Shown one piece after another: positions 19,300 through 28,635 of a stretch of 64,000 nt of DNA; position 1 is the first letter of the stretch; every line of letters begins with the position of its first letter. The DNA comes from an uncultured Chloroflexota bacterium. GTDB lineage: Bacteria > Chloroflexota > UBA11872. A model generated the notes under the pieces. It was not told where the DNA came from and searched no databases. It saw only the letters and a list, made by a program, of their open reading frames with translations. The translations under genes and the position numbers were made by a program. The stretch is taken from contig CAZFVB010000003.1 of the NCBI GenBank assembly GCA_964522375.1, positions 14,608 to 78,607 of the forward strand, written 5' to 3'.

Positions 19300-21573
19300 T
19301 CACGATGCTGGCACATCCGTCATAAAGCGGCGCAGCACATTCGCTGTGATCCGGGAAACATTATTCTCGTATTGGTTGTAAGACAGACTCCCACGCCAGG
19401 CGATGGACCCCACCGAAAACACCGCGCCGCCACCAGGAAGTTGGAGATACGTCATATCGGCTCGAACAAATGGGTGCGGCACGCCGGTAACTGGAGGTTC
19501 TCCCGGAAGCACACCATCTTTCCCCTGGGTGAATTGGAGGATTTCATCCATAAAGGTCACATACTTGGACGAGTGGTTTATTGACGATGCGAGCAGCAGC
19601 GTGTGCGGCGGAGTTCCGAGTTCGTCATCGGCACGATCCATCTCATACCCCGCAGCACCGTGCTGGACCATCAACGATGGGAAATCCCCAATTAACTCGG
19701 TGTCGTCAACACCTTCAAATATAAATGCCGCCGCCGGGTCAAAGCTTTCAGCCTGCCGAAGATATGGCGAGCCACGGTCAAACCCGGCCGAACACGACCC
19801 CACGCCAACCAGCGCCTGAGGAGTCTGACCACGATTCCGCCACGTGCCTCCCGGTTCACCCGTCGTACTGTGCACCCGTTCGCCTGGCAGCATCTCAAAT
19901 GGCCAACTCGTGCCCCATCGACGCACCTCCACAATATGGGACCGTTCCTCATCGATCGAGGTCACACCAAAAAACCCGTTGCCGCCCAGGTACATCAACC
20001 GACCGCCGTCCCCCAAATACGTCTCCAACCCCGCGCGCATCGATGCTGTCCAGTACTCAGGATGTGCTCCGGTCAAAACCACGCGATATGGAGCTAAGAG
20101 GTCCTCACCCTCAGCGTGGAGATCGTGATCTGTAAGAACGTCAACCTCAAAACCCAGCGCGTCCAACCAGTCAATGAGATAGAGATCGGCAGGGAACCGC
20201 GCTGGCGTCCCCCAGACGCGATATCGGAACTTCGGGCGCATGTTCAAGATGGGCCGCCGATGCGAAACATACGTCGTGCCGGAACCATCAGAATGTCGCT
20301 CGTAAAGCCCAGGCAACCCGTTCTCACGGATATATGCAAACTCTGCCTGGTGAAGATCCGGATCGACATTCGGTAAGCGCTCAGGATCCCAGAACCCGCC
20401 ATCGATATCTCGAAAGTTGGCATAAACGACGTAGGTCAGCGTCGGCATCAACACTGCAACGCGAGCCCTAGCCGTACCTCGAGGTGGTCTCACAAAGAAT
20501 GGGAGGTACTCTTCATCCTCCCCAGCACGAAGACGAGCGGCATACACGCCGCTGGACAGATCATCTGGAATTGTCAGGCGAAAATCTGGCACCCATCGGG
20601 CATCCTCAAGATCGTCATCATGAAAATGGATAGCTCCGTACTCATCAGGTGCCAAGCGAAAACTCGTTTCATCGCCGGTCCAGTTGAAACCGGTTACACC
20701 ACGCGTCGGCATGTTGACCGTGTCGCCATGCATCGCATGCGGCCCATGATCAATCACCCGGTGTTGATCGAGGTCGACATCAAAGCGCCAAGCCGCCACC
20801 AGCGAGTCGGCCAAGTCGTCGAATCCAGGCCAATCGATTTGCCCGGTTGCAGGACAGCCGACCACTGCACGGCTATAGATGCGTGGACTATCAACCTTCC
20901 CGTTGTAGGCACCACGTATCGGTGCAGCCACCTCAGGGCCATCGGTACTCAGCGCACCGATCACCAATGGTCGGCCCGTAGTCACGTGAACAGGCCGATC
21001 CACAACGTCTTCTGCGATGGCCTGTCCTCGCCCGTCCGACGACGGAACCTTCGGAAGCTGCCAGACAACGACACGACCAGTGTCCCCGTCATAACTAGCC
21101 CCGACCAGACTCCAAGAAGCCGCGAGCAACGGGACTCCGGAGGAAACTTCCGTCAAGTCACCGTGCTGTCCCCGAAGCCAGAACCGCAGCACACCGTCAT
21201 CGCCAATCACGAGCGCAAAACCTGGAACGTCCGACGACTCGGGCCACTGCGAGATGAGGCCTTGAAGCCTACCCGCAGGAGCGGTCGGGAAAACCCATGC
21301 CGTCACCGTAAAACTACGCATCGCCTCTACCGCTTCATGACCAGGCACCCGCACGCATGACCCGCTATAAATCGCCTGCATACGCCCCGGATAGTGCCCG
21401 GCAATTGACGACGACACTTCACGTTCCCGATATCCGGGACCACGTGGGCTTTCATCACCGTGGATCAACTGAACAAGCTCTACCTGATACCGAGCATGGC
21501 GACTACTCACCATGAATTCGATGACATCTCCGGGCCCAGCGCTTAACCGATCTGTATAACCCACAAGATTCAT
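19300..21573 (-). CDS. N,N-dimethylformamidase large(beta)-subunit-like protein with N-terminal LamG/concanavalin-like domain
   Basis: 757 aa, similar in size to DmfA2. It has an N-terminal jelly-roll region (..VTAWVFPTAPAGRLQGLISQW..) and a C-terminal region (..ADLYLIDWLDALGFEVDVLTDHDLHAEGEDLLAPYRVVLTGAHPEYWT..LMYLGGNGFF..) that I recall as characteristic of the DMFase beta-subunit / DUF6605 family. Confidence 0.4.
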   Translation of the reverse strand: MNLVGYTDRLSAGPGDVIEFMVSSRHARYQVELVQLIHGDESPRGPGYREREVSSSIAGHYPGRMQAIYSGSCVRVPGHEAVEAMRSFTVTAWVFPTAPAGRLQGLISQWPESSDVPGFALVIGDDGVLRFWLRGQHGDLTEVSSGVPLLAASWSLVGASYDGDTGRVVVWQLPKVPSSDGRGQAIAEDVVDRPVHVTTGRPLVIGALSTDGPEVAAPIRGAYNGKVDSPRIYSRAVVGCPATGQIDWPGFDDLADSLVAAWRFDVDLDQHRVIDHGPHAMHGDTVNMPTRGVTGFNWTGDETSFRLAPDEYGAIHFHDDDLEDARWVPDFRLTIPDDLSSGVYAARLRAGEDEEYLPFFVRPPRGTARARVAVLMPTLTYVVYANFRDIDGGFWDPERLPNVDPDLHQAEFAYIRENGLPGLYERHSDGSGTTYVSHRRPILNMRPKFRYRVWGTPARFPADLYLIDWLDALGFEVDVLTDHDLHAEGEDLLAPYRVVLTGAHPEYWTASMRAGLETYLGDGGRLMYLGGNGFFGVTSIDEERSHIVEVRRWGTSWPFEMLPGERVHSTTGEPGGTWRNRGQTPQALVGVGSCSAGFDRGSPYLRQAESFDPAAAFIFEGVDDTELIGDFPSLMVQHGAAGYEMDRADDELGTPPHTLLLASSINHSSKYVTFMDEILQFTQGKDGVLPGEPPVTGVPHPFVRADMTYLQLPGGGAVFSVGSIAWRGSLSYNQYENNVSRITANVLRRFMTDVPAS

Positions 21574-21619
21574 TGGTTATGGATCCCTTCGCGAACGCTT
21601 AGTCATCGAATGGACTCGG

Positions 21620-23203
21620 CTAGCTGGCCGGAAGATGTGCAGCAAGCACATGCCCATCCGTCATGATGGCTCTCACAGCAAACACCCATGAACCCCAGGC
21701 AAAACCAGAATACCCACCGCCAGGACCAGGAGCGCACAGCCTGATCCGGACTCGATTCGCTCCGCGCCGAAGATCCGCAGATATGGTGACGGTATCGAAC
21801 AACGCATGCGATCCCAGGGGCTGCCACGGACCGTCATTCACCTGAATTTGAAGATCGCCGATCCACCCGACATGCAGGTCAACGGCCCCATCCGACGGTG
21901 CCACCAGTTCCGTCTGAGCCAGGCCAACAGCGGGACGGGAGCGTTCATCGTCTAGCTCTGGCAGCACAAACACGCGGGCAAAATCTACAAAGCCGTGGAT
22001 GTCTCGAACCTGTTCCCAACAAGCGACGGCTCGATCAGCCCGCCGCCATGGTGAATCTTCGGAATACCCGGTATCCGGGTATCGGTGCCGGACATCAGGG
22101 ACATCCTTTTCAGCCCCTAGTGATCCCTCATGATCTTGCACACTGGGATGAAATGGCCCACAGACCCACCAGGTCGGCGTGGTCTCCATCCGTTCGAGAT
22201 CGGCTCGGCCCGAATCGGTCCCCGCTGCCAACGCACTCCATGCCGGCAGCGTGGTAAACGGTTGATGTGGAGGCTCCTGATACCAATACGCAGTGCTACA
22301 TATGTCATTCGCCATACAAGCAAAATGCACTTGAATGGCCTGATCAAACGTAATCACGTCATGCTCAAAGAATCGGTATGCCGCCAGGCGATGTCGGGCC
22401 AGCGCCTGGCCGTGCCCCCAGTCTTCATGCACGTAGTACGGCATACCCTGATCCAGGTGAGAACTTGGCGAGTGCGTCACCCCGCCATACGCCGCACCAA
22501 ACGTGTCCTCACCGCCGCTGCCTCGCAAGTGAGAGAAAGCACCACCCGGGGCATCCACATTGTTGGCAAGATAAATGTTTTCAGCCCCCGCATGCGACCA
22601 TCGAGATCGGTCGTCATACAGCCGCACACCGTATCCGAACCCCAGAAATCGCCCCCGCCCGACCGCGTCAAGAATCATGTAGCCTGGTCCAAACGCCTCG
22701 CATGGGAACTCGCGCCGGAATTGCGCATGGAATCGCATCGGTTCCGTCAACGCGTCATTGTTGTAGCGATGCCAGTCCACATGCCATACAAGCGATTGTC
22801 CTTCGGCAGCCGGACCCCCTTCGACTTCAATCCTCGCCCGTCGAGAAAATGGCATAGGGAAAAACGAGGTCACACCAGTTCGCGTCTGCGAAATCAAGTA
22901 CCGAGAATTCAACGGGTAGTGCGGGACGCCATGCAGCAATCCGAAGAAATCGGGTAAGGGCACCTCCACTGCCGGAATCTCCGCATCATCCCAACGTACC
23001 CGCAGAATCATCTGGCGTAACGCCTCCGGAGTACTGCGTCGGCTCATCGCAAACCATATGCGCCGGATACAGCCTGGCCCGTCAAGATCAGCCAAGAGCG
23101 ATGGCTTCCCCATTTGCAGTGTTATGGCACCCAGCGTCCGTGATGGGGCAACCCGATCAGGCAACGTCAACCCAGCATCCATCGATCCGCGTCCTACATC
23201 CAT
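21620..23203 (-). CDS. DUF2961 / GH172-like protein (tentative)
   Basis: 527 aa. The ..DLDGPGCIRRIWF.. motif and overall size resemble DUF2961 (GH172 difructose-dianhydride hydrolase family). Low certainty without an HMM. Confidence 0.3.
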   Translation of the reverse strand: MDVGRGSMDAGLTLPDRVAPSRTLGAITLQMGKPSLLADLDGPGCIRRIWFAMSRRSTPEALRQMILRVRWDDAEIPAVEVPLPDFFGLLHGVPHYPLNSRYLISQTRTGVTSFFPMPFSRRARIEVEGGPAAEGQSLVWHVDWHRYNNDALTEPMRFHAQFRREFPCEAFGPGYMILDAVGRGRFLGFGYGVRLYDDRSRWSHAGAENIYLANNVDAPGGAFSHLRGSGGEDTFGAAYGGVTHSPSSHLDQGMPYYVHEDWGHGQALARHRLAAYRFFEHDVITFDQAIQVHFACMANDICSTAYWYQEPPHQPFTTLPAWSALAAGTDSGRADLERMETTPTWWVCGPFHPSVQDHEGSLGAEKDVPDVRHRYPDTGYSEDSPWRRADRAVACWEQVRDIHGFVDFARVFVLPELDDERSRPAVGLAQTELVAPSDGAVDLHVGWIGDLQIQVNDGPWQPLGSHALFDTVTISADLRRGANRVRIRLCAPGPGGGYSGFAWGSWVFAVRAIMTDGHVLAAHLPAS

Positions 23204-23293
23204 GAATTCGAGATCCCTACCACATAAACCGAGCGCCTCTAACCTTACGATAAGCGCGCGGTCGGATAAGCCAGCCGCACGGCCTCACCATCG

Positions 23294-26188
23294 TTGCTCC
23301 CACAAATGGAAACGAATACGTACCCTAACCACATGAGAGCCTTGATAACCCGAGCGACGTCACATCCAACGGCGCTCGCGTGCATCGTCCTTGCCGCGGT
23401 CGTCCTGGCAGCCAACGCACCCGCATGGGCAACCGGCCGGGTGTTCTACGAACTCGATACGATCAAGCAAAACGCCCCGTTCCTGGAATATGCAGCTGCC
23501 AGCATGCGAGGCGGCGAACTCCCGCTCTGGAACCCATATCTAGCCAACGGCCTTCCGCAATTTGCCGAAGGACAAACCGGAGCCCTCCACCCGTTCCACA
23601 TCCTCTTCCTGATGACTGGCGCCTACGACCTACTGCTTGTCTGGGGCCCGGTACTGCGAGCGCTTGCAGCGACGCTCGCAACCTATTGGCTAGCACGAAC
23701 CCTTCACGTCTCACGTCCTGGCGCGATGCTTGCTGCCTTAACGTACGGCCTTGGCGGTTTCCTGACCGCCCAGCAGCACCACTTGAACATTGCGAATACA
23801 GCATTCGTATTACCGACCGTCCTTGCCGCCTGGGAATCCGCTTTCGCCACCTCACGGCCCGGACGTCGGGTCGCCTGGCTGACAGGAGCCGGCGTCGCTC
23901 TGGCAACGTCCTTACTGGCCCTACATGCCCAGATGGTGATGATCACCATCGCAGCAACAGGTGTCTGGATCCTGGCCTCTGTCGGACTCCGTCGGTGGCG
24001 AAGTGGCGGAACTCACTGTGGCCGAACCACGCTTGTCTGGATGTGTGCGGGAACCGGCTTGATGTCGCTAGTTGCCATAGGTCTGTCGGCTATCCAGACA
24101 GTGCCATTTCTTGAGTTAGTCCAACAGTCCGGTCGATCCGAGTCACTGACGACCGTCGAAGCCTCACGATTTTCCATTCCATCACTTGGTCTCATTCAAC
24201 TCATATTCCCGGGAGTTCTCGGACGACAAGACGACTTCTGGTTTTCCTGGAACGCCTGGGAGTCACTGGTGTATACCGGCCTCGTACCACTGGTCCTCGC
24301 ACCCATCGCCTTGCGACGGCCAAATCGATTTACTCTCAGTCTCGCCGCACTAGCTGTGCTGTCTGGCCTCGTAGCCCTCGGGTCACAATCCCCGATCCCC
24401 ATTGCCGAAGCGATCGACAACCTTCCTGGGTTTGACCGGACTCGAGCACCCGGACGGTTTAGCATGGCCCTTACGTTAGCCATAGGGCTACTCGGGGGAA
24501 TGGGCCTCGATTCCATTCGTAACCGGCCGAGTCGACGATTGACTCTCGGGCTGACGGCCCTTGTCGCCCTTTCCATCACCGCATTAGCCATCACCAATTA
24601 TTGGCTGCGCACGCAACCGTCAGCCCTCGGCACATTCAATGCCTGGGTCGCAACGCAGCCGGACCTTATCCCCGTGGCACCCGGTATTGATCGGTATGAT
24701 CTCGCGATCGCATCCACCGATCCGCGAAACCTCCTGACGTTGCTGCCCTCGGCCGCAGCACTCGTAGCACTCGTGATCGCAGCTTTCGTGCGGCGGCCGC
24801 TTGTAGGCCCTCTCGTCGTAACCATCGCAGCTATCGAGCTTGGGGGATTTGCCGCCACCTTTCATCCCACAGCCACGCTGACCACGATTTTCACGCCGAC
24901 ACCGTATGCAAACTTCGTCCCATCCGGCACCTATCCCCGCGCGTTTGTGTCGGAATCGATCGCACTCGGATCAAACCGCCTGCTCGTGGAACGCCGACCT
25001 GAAACCTCCGCCTATACACCCCTGGTCCCCAATCGCATGCGACTCCTGCTTGAAGCCTGGCCTCGAAATCCCCCGCGGATCGCGTCAGTCCTCGGTGTCG
25101 CTACCGCCGTCCATCTTTCGAACGCTCGCCATGGCCATGAAAGCCACTTCGATGAATCAGATGGGCTCGTGTACTCGATCAATCGGCCAGTTCTAGCTAT
25201 TGACCGGTGGTCGACAGCCGCCGAGGCCACCGTGCATTTACCCCAGGACGATCGATCACGTGAGCTACATCTTGTGACATCACTCGACGGAGCGCTCGAC
25301 CTCCCGAACAACCATGTTGTAGCGATAGCTCGACTGCTCGACGGCAAAAAACTGATCAGCGAGCACTCCATCCGTACCGGGCAGGACGTTTCTGAGCGAA
25401 CCGGGTTTGGAGCTTTGCAGCATCGGCCGTCCGCCCACACGATGGCCGATGTCGTCGCCACTGTGGGAAGCAGGCAAAGCAGCATCTACACTCGCACCCG
25501 AATCCCTCTGCCGACGACCGGAACAGCTTCACTTGTGCTGCTCAAGGTCAACGTTCCCGGGCCCAGACTCACCATCCATGGAGCCGCCGTAATGAACGAG
25601 GCAGGCACCCTAACGCCAGTAGAGATTCCGGAACAGGTTCAGGTGCCCGCAGACCCACCGATACTTGTCCTGCCGTACGAAGCAGGACCTCGATTTGCGC
25701 TCTATTCGCGTATACGACTCACCACCAATCCCGAGGAGAGCCTGGACCGCATGCTCCGCGGTACATGGGAATTCCCGATCCGCCCGGTGGTCGAAGCCGG
25801 CCCGTGGGGCCCGTCTATTCATCCAGATCTCTTGGAGCCACTCCCGACCACGTCCACTCGAATCGGCACGATCACAAAAATCGAGGAACAGCCCACGGCC
25901 ATGTCGTTCCAGACCGATGCCAAGACCCCAACCATCTTGCTCCTCAAAGACATGGTCTATCCCGGATGGAAAGCGTTTGTGGACGGCGTCGCAACACCGA
26001 TTCTTCCCGCCAACATCGCGGCTCGCGCCATCCCGCTAGCAGCCGGCACCCATCGCGTCGATCTTCGCTATGAACCGCAATCCTTGCGCATTGGCCTAAT
26101 GGCCTCAGCCGCAACAGGTTTCAGCCTGCTTGCCGGCGTCGTCATCGCCAAGTTCCGTCGCCCAAAATCTAAAACGGTCACCCCTTAG
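23294..26188 (+). CDS. YfhO-family large polytopic membrane protein (putative glycosyltransferase-like)
   Basis: 964 aa with many TM segments in the first ~560 aa. The N-terminal region (..KQNAPFLEYAAASMRGGELPLWNPYLANGLPQFAEGQTGALHP..) is typical of YfhO. It has a large extracytoplasmic C-terminal domain and a final TM. Confidence 0.55.
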   Translation: MLPQMETNTYPNHMRALITRATSHPTALACIVLAAVVLAANAPAWATGRVFYELDTIKQNAPFLEYAAASMRGGELPLWNPYLANGLPQFAEGQTGALHPFHILFLMTGAYDLLLVWGPVLRALAATLATYWLARTLHVSRPGAMLAALTYGLGGFLTAQQHHLNIANTAFVLPTVLAAWESAFATSRPGRRVAWLTGAGVALATSLLALHAQMVMITIAATGVWILASVGLRRWRSGGTHCGRTTLVWMCAGTGLMSLVAIGLSAIQTVPFLELVQQSGRSESLTTVEASRFSIPSLGLIQLIFPGVLGRQDDFWFSWNAWESLVYTGLVPLVLAPIALRRPNRFTLSLAALAVLSGLVALGSQSPIPIAEAIDNLPGFDRTRAPGRFSMALTLAIGLLGGMGLDSIRNRPSRRLTLGLTALVALSITALAITNYWLRTQPSALGTFNAWVATQPDLIPVAPGIDRYDLAIASTDPRNLLTLLPSAAALVALVIAAFVRRPLVGPLVVTIAAIELGGFAATFHPTATLTTIFTPTPYANFVPSGTYPRAFVSESIALGSNRLLVERRPETSAYTPLVPNRMRLLLEAWPRNPPRIASVLGVATAVHLSNARHGHESHFDESDGLVYSINRPVLAIDRWSTAAEATVHLPQDDRSRELHLVTSLDGALDLPNNHVVAIARLLDGKKLISEHSIRTGQDVSERTGFGALQHRPSAHTMADVVATVGSRQSSIYTRTRIPLPTTGTASLVLLKVNVPGPRLTIHGAAVMNEAGTLTPVEIPEQVQVPADPPILVLPYEAGPRFALYSRIRLTTNPEESLDRMLRGTWEFPIRPVVEAGPWGPSIHPDLLEPLPTTSTRIGTITKIEEQPTAMSFQTDAKTPTILLLKDMVYPGWKAFVDGVATPILPANIAARAIPLAAGTHRVDLRYEPQSLRIGLMASAATGFSLLAGVVIAKFRRPKSKTVTP

Positions 26189-26250
26189 CCCAAGTCGAAC
26201 GTTTTCAAGTAGATGTGGATAATGACCAAAACGACACGTCGTGAGACACG

Positions 26251-27162
26251 ATGACTGCCACCCTTACTAACGACATTCAGCTGAGCAAATACAACCCGCT
26301 ACCCCGCATCCTGTCCTTCGATGATTTTGACAAGGGGGCTCAGGGGTGGTGCGAACTTGTGGGCAATCACAATGGCGACCTCAACGAGTTGCAGCCGGTC
26401 TTCAGTGATATGCGGCCCGTCCAGCTCAGCACCTGCACCTTTTTTGATCTCGGTACCCACGGCTCCATGAACGGCACCTATTCGCTCAAGCTCGCCACCC
26501 GGCCCCGCCAATTCCACCAGGCTGTCGGCATCAAGCGGCTCACCTCGCCCACCAACGGTCGGGTCCAGGTCGAAACCTGGTTCACGTATAAAGCCGAACA
26601 AACGTTCGGCCCCAACGCCTCCGAAATCCGGTCCTGGGACGGGAATTACCACCCCTCCGAAGCCCAGTTTGGGTCGTTCACCATCTGGAATGATATCTGC
26701 GAAGGCACAGACCCCGGGCAGCGATACATGTGCGCGTTGCGCTATGAAAACACCAACGAGACCGGTGAATTCACCCAGCGGTGGATGTACAAGACGGCCC
26801 TCCATCCCACAACCCGCATGCTGCAAGGCGGCACGCCCTCGGCCCAAAACGACGTTCATGTCGCTCGGCCGGACCAGTGGGCACCCGTCCCGGGCGGCAA
26901 CCAACAACTCTGCTTTAACGAAGTGCCCACCAAGGTCAATTGGCATTACCTCCGCTGGCAGTTCGATCTCGAATCCCGACAAAACATTGAGTTACAGGTC
27001 AATGACCTCACACTGGATCTCGCCGGCGTACCGGTATTACCGACCGACGAGAGCTACTGGGGTATTAACCGCTTGTTGAACTTTTGCTTCGATGTCCGAA
27101 CCACCAGCAACGTCCGCAATTTCCTCTACCTAGACTCTGTCCTGATCTCAGTAGATTGGTAA
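26251..27162 (+). CDS. Hypothetical protein (possible jelly-roll fold), C-terminal tail NFLYLDSVLISVDW
   Basis: 303 aa, W/Y/N-rich, no signal peptide. The antisense ORF 26299..26982 is Gly/Pro/Arg-rich and rejected. Confidence 0.4.
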   Translation: MTATLTNDIQLSKYNPLPRILSFDDFDKGAQGWCELVGNHNGDLNELQPVFSDMRPVQLSTCTFFDLGTHGSMNGTYSLKLATRPRQFHQAVGIKRLTSPTNGRVQVETWFTYKAEQTFGPNASEIRSWDGNYHPSEAQFGSFTIWNDICEGTDPGQRYMCALRYENTNETGEFTQRWMYKTALHPTTRMLQGGTPSAQNDVHVARPDQWAPVPGGNQQLCFNEVPTKVNWHYLRWQFDLESRQNIELQVNDLTLDLAGVPVLPTDESYWGINRLLNFCFDVRTTSNVRNFLYLDSVLISVDW

Positions 27163-27167
27163 CTTCC

Positions 27168-27503
27168 ATGCGTCACTTCTTTACCGCTGTCATCGAAAAA
27201 AACGCCACCTTTGAGTCCGACTTTTCGACCGAGCCGTACGAGTGCGCATGGGCCAGTGAGGCTCGCTGGTTTATCCAGGTGGCGGACATGGCTGGTGGAA
27301 ACGCTGAACTCAAGGCCCGTGTTCAGGTGTCCCCGGATGGCCTCTTCTGGTGCGACCACGGATCCGAATTTCCCACCATAAGTGGCCCTGGCCTGTACAC
27401 CCTGCCACTCCGAGACTTCGGGGGATGGCTCCGCCTGGATTGTTCCTTGAGTGGCCAGAACCCCCAGACCCGCGTCATGATTCACCTCGTCCTCAAAGAA
27501 TAA
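27168..27503 (+). CDS. Small hypothetical protein (112 aa), flanked by duplicated gene-junction repeats
   Basis: MRHFFTAVIEKNATFESDF..QTRVMIHLVLKE. The ATG is 5 nt after the upstream stop. The ORF-track start at 27084 overlaps the upstream gene. Confidence 0.35.
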   Translation: MRHFFTAVIEKNATFESDFSTEPYECAWASEARWFIQVADMAGGNAELKARVQVSPDGLFWCDHGSEFPTISGPGLYTLPLRDFGGWLRLDCSLSGQNPQTRVMIHLVLKE

Positions 27504-27579
27504 CTACCGATGCGGAAATCGACGGCCACCACCACGTCGGCAATTTCATCTACCTGGACTCTGTCCTGATCTCCACGGA

Positions 27580-28620
27580 TTGGTAACACCTGTGCGAGCT
27601 GTCATCTATGAGCAATTCGGAGGGCCCGACGTCCTCACAATGATCGAGATACCAGAACCATCGCCAGGTCACGACGAAGTGCAAGTTCGGGTACTGGCCG
27701 TAGCCGTGGATTTCATCGAACTCCATAAACGGCATGGTGGTAGCGGACGAGTCGGATCCCCCGAGGAACCGAGCTACGGCATAGGGGCTCCACCATGGTT
27801 CCCGGGTGGGACCGCGTGCGTTGAAATCATTGGTCTTGGATCCAGCGTAAGTGGCCTCGAAGTTGGCGACCGACACCTGGTCGGCGGCCTCCATCCCGGG
27901 GCCTACGTCGATATCGCAGTACTTCCCGCAACGAAGCTTACTGCCGGCACACCCGAAGCCCCAGGACCCACCGAATTCCCGGAATCTCTCACCCCTACAG
28001 AAGCCGCCGCCTTCGATTATGCCCCCGTGGCCTATCACACGCTCCGAACGGCTGCTGGCCTCCAAGCTGGAGAGACCGTATTAATTCATGCCGCATCCGG
28101 CGGCACGGGGGTGCTCGCGGTTCAACTGGCCAAACATTTTGGGGCCACCGTGATTGGTGTTGTGGGCAGCAGGCATAAGGTCGATCCGATCCTCGCCTTA
28201 GGTGCCGATTACGTACTCAATAGCGAGACGGACGATATCGCGAGCGAAGTCGCCCGGTTGACGGGAACTACCGGCCCGGACGTAGTCTGGGATCCTGTCG
28301 GCGGTGACATCTTCACGACTAGTCCTGCTCTCATGGCTGAAGGCGGCCGCCTCGTGAGCCTGGGCTCAAACTCCTTCACAGGGGCCGCGACGGTAGATTT
28401 TTTGCCGTTCTGGACAAAAAACATCCGACTTATCGGTTGGGGCGGGCGTAGCAATCACGATGCCCACGCCCCCGCCATCATGCGAGATCTCCTCACGCTC
28501 GTCGCAGCGCAACAACTACGCCCGATCGTCGGGGCTGAATACTCACTCCATCAGGCCAGCGACGCCCATGCCGCAGTGGAATCCCGACAACATGTGGGAA
28601 AAGTCGTGCTGGTGCCCTAA
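27580..28620 (+). CDS. Zinc-binding alcohol dehydrogenase / NADPH:quinone oxidoreductase (MDR superfamily)
   Basis: 346 aa. GroES-like N-domain and Rossmann motif ..AASGGTGVLAVQLAKHFGATVIGVVG... GTG start. Confidence 0.75.
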   Translation: MVTPVRAVIYEQFGGPDVLTMIEIPEPSPGHDEVQVRVLAVAVDFIELHKRHGGSGRVGSPEEPSYGIGAPPWFPGGTACVEIIGLGSSVSGLEVGDRHLVGGLHPGAYVDIAVLPATKLTAGTPEAPGPTEFPESLTPTEAAAFDYAPVAYHTLRTAAGLQAGETVLIHAASGGTGVLAVQLAKHFGATVIGVVGSRHKVDPILALGADYVLNSETDDIASEVARLTGTTGPDVVWDPVGGDIFTTSPALMAEGGRLVSLGSNSFTGAATVDFLPFWTKNIRLIGWGGRSNHDAHAPAIMRDLLTLVAAQQLRPIVGAEYSLHQASDAHAAVESRQHVGKVVLVP

Positions 28621-28635
28621 GCACGAATTGGCCGC

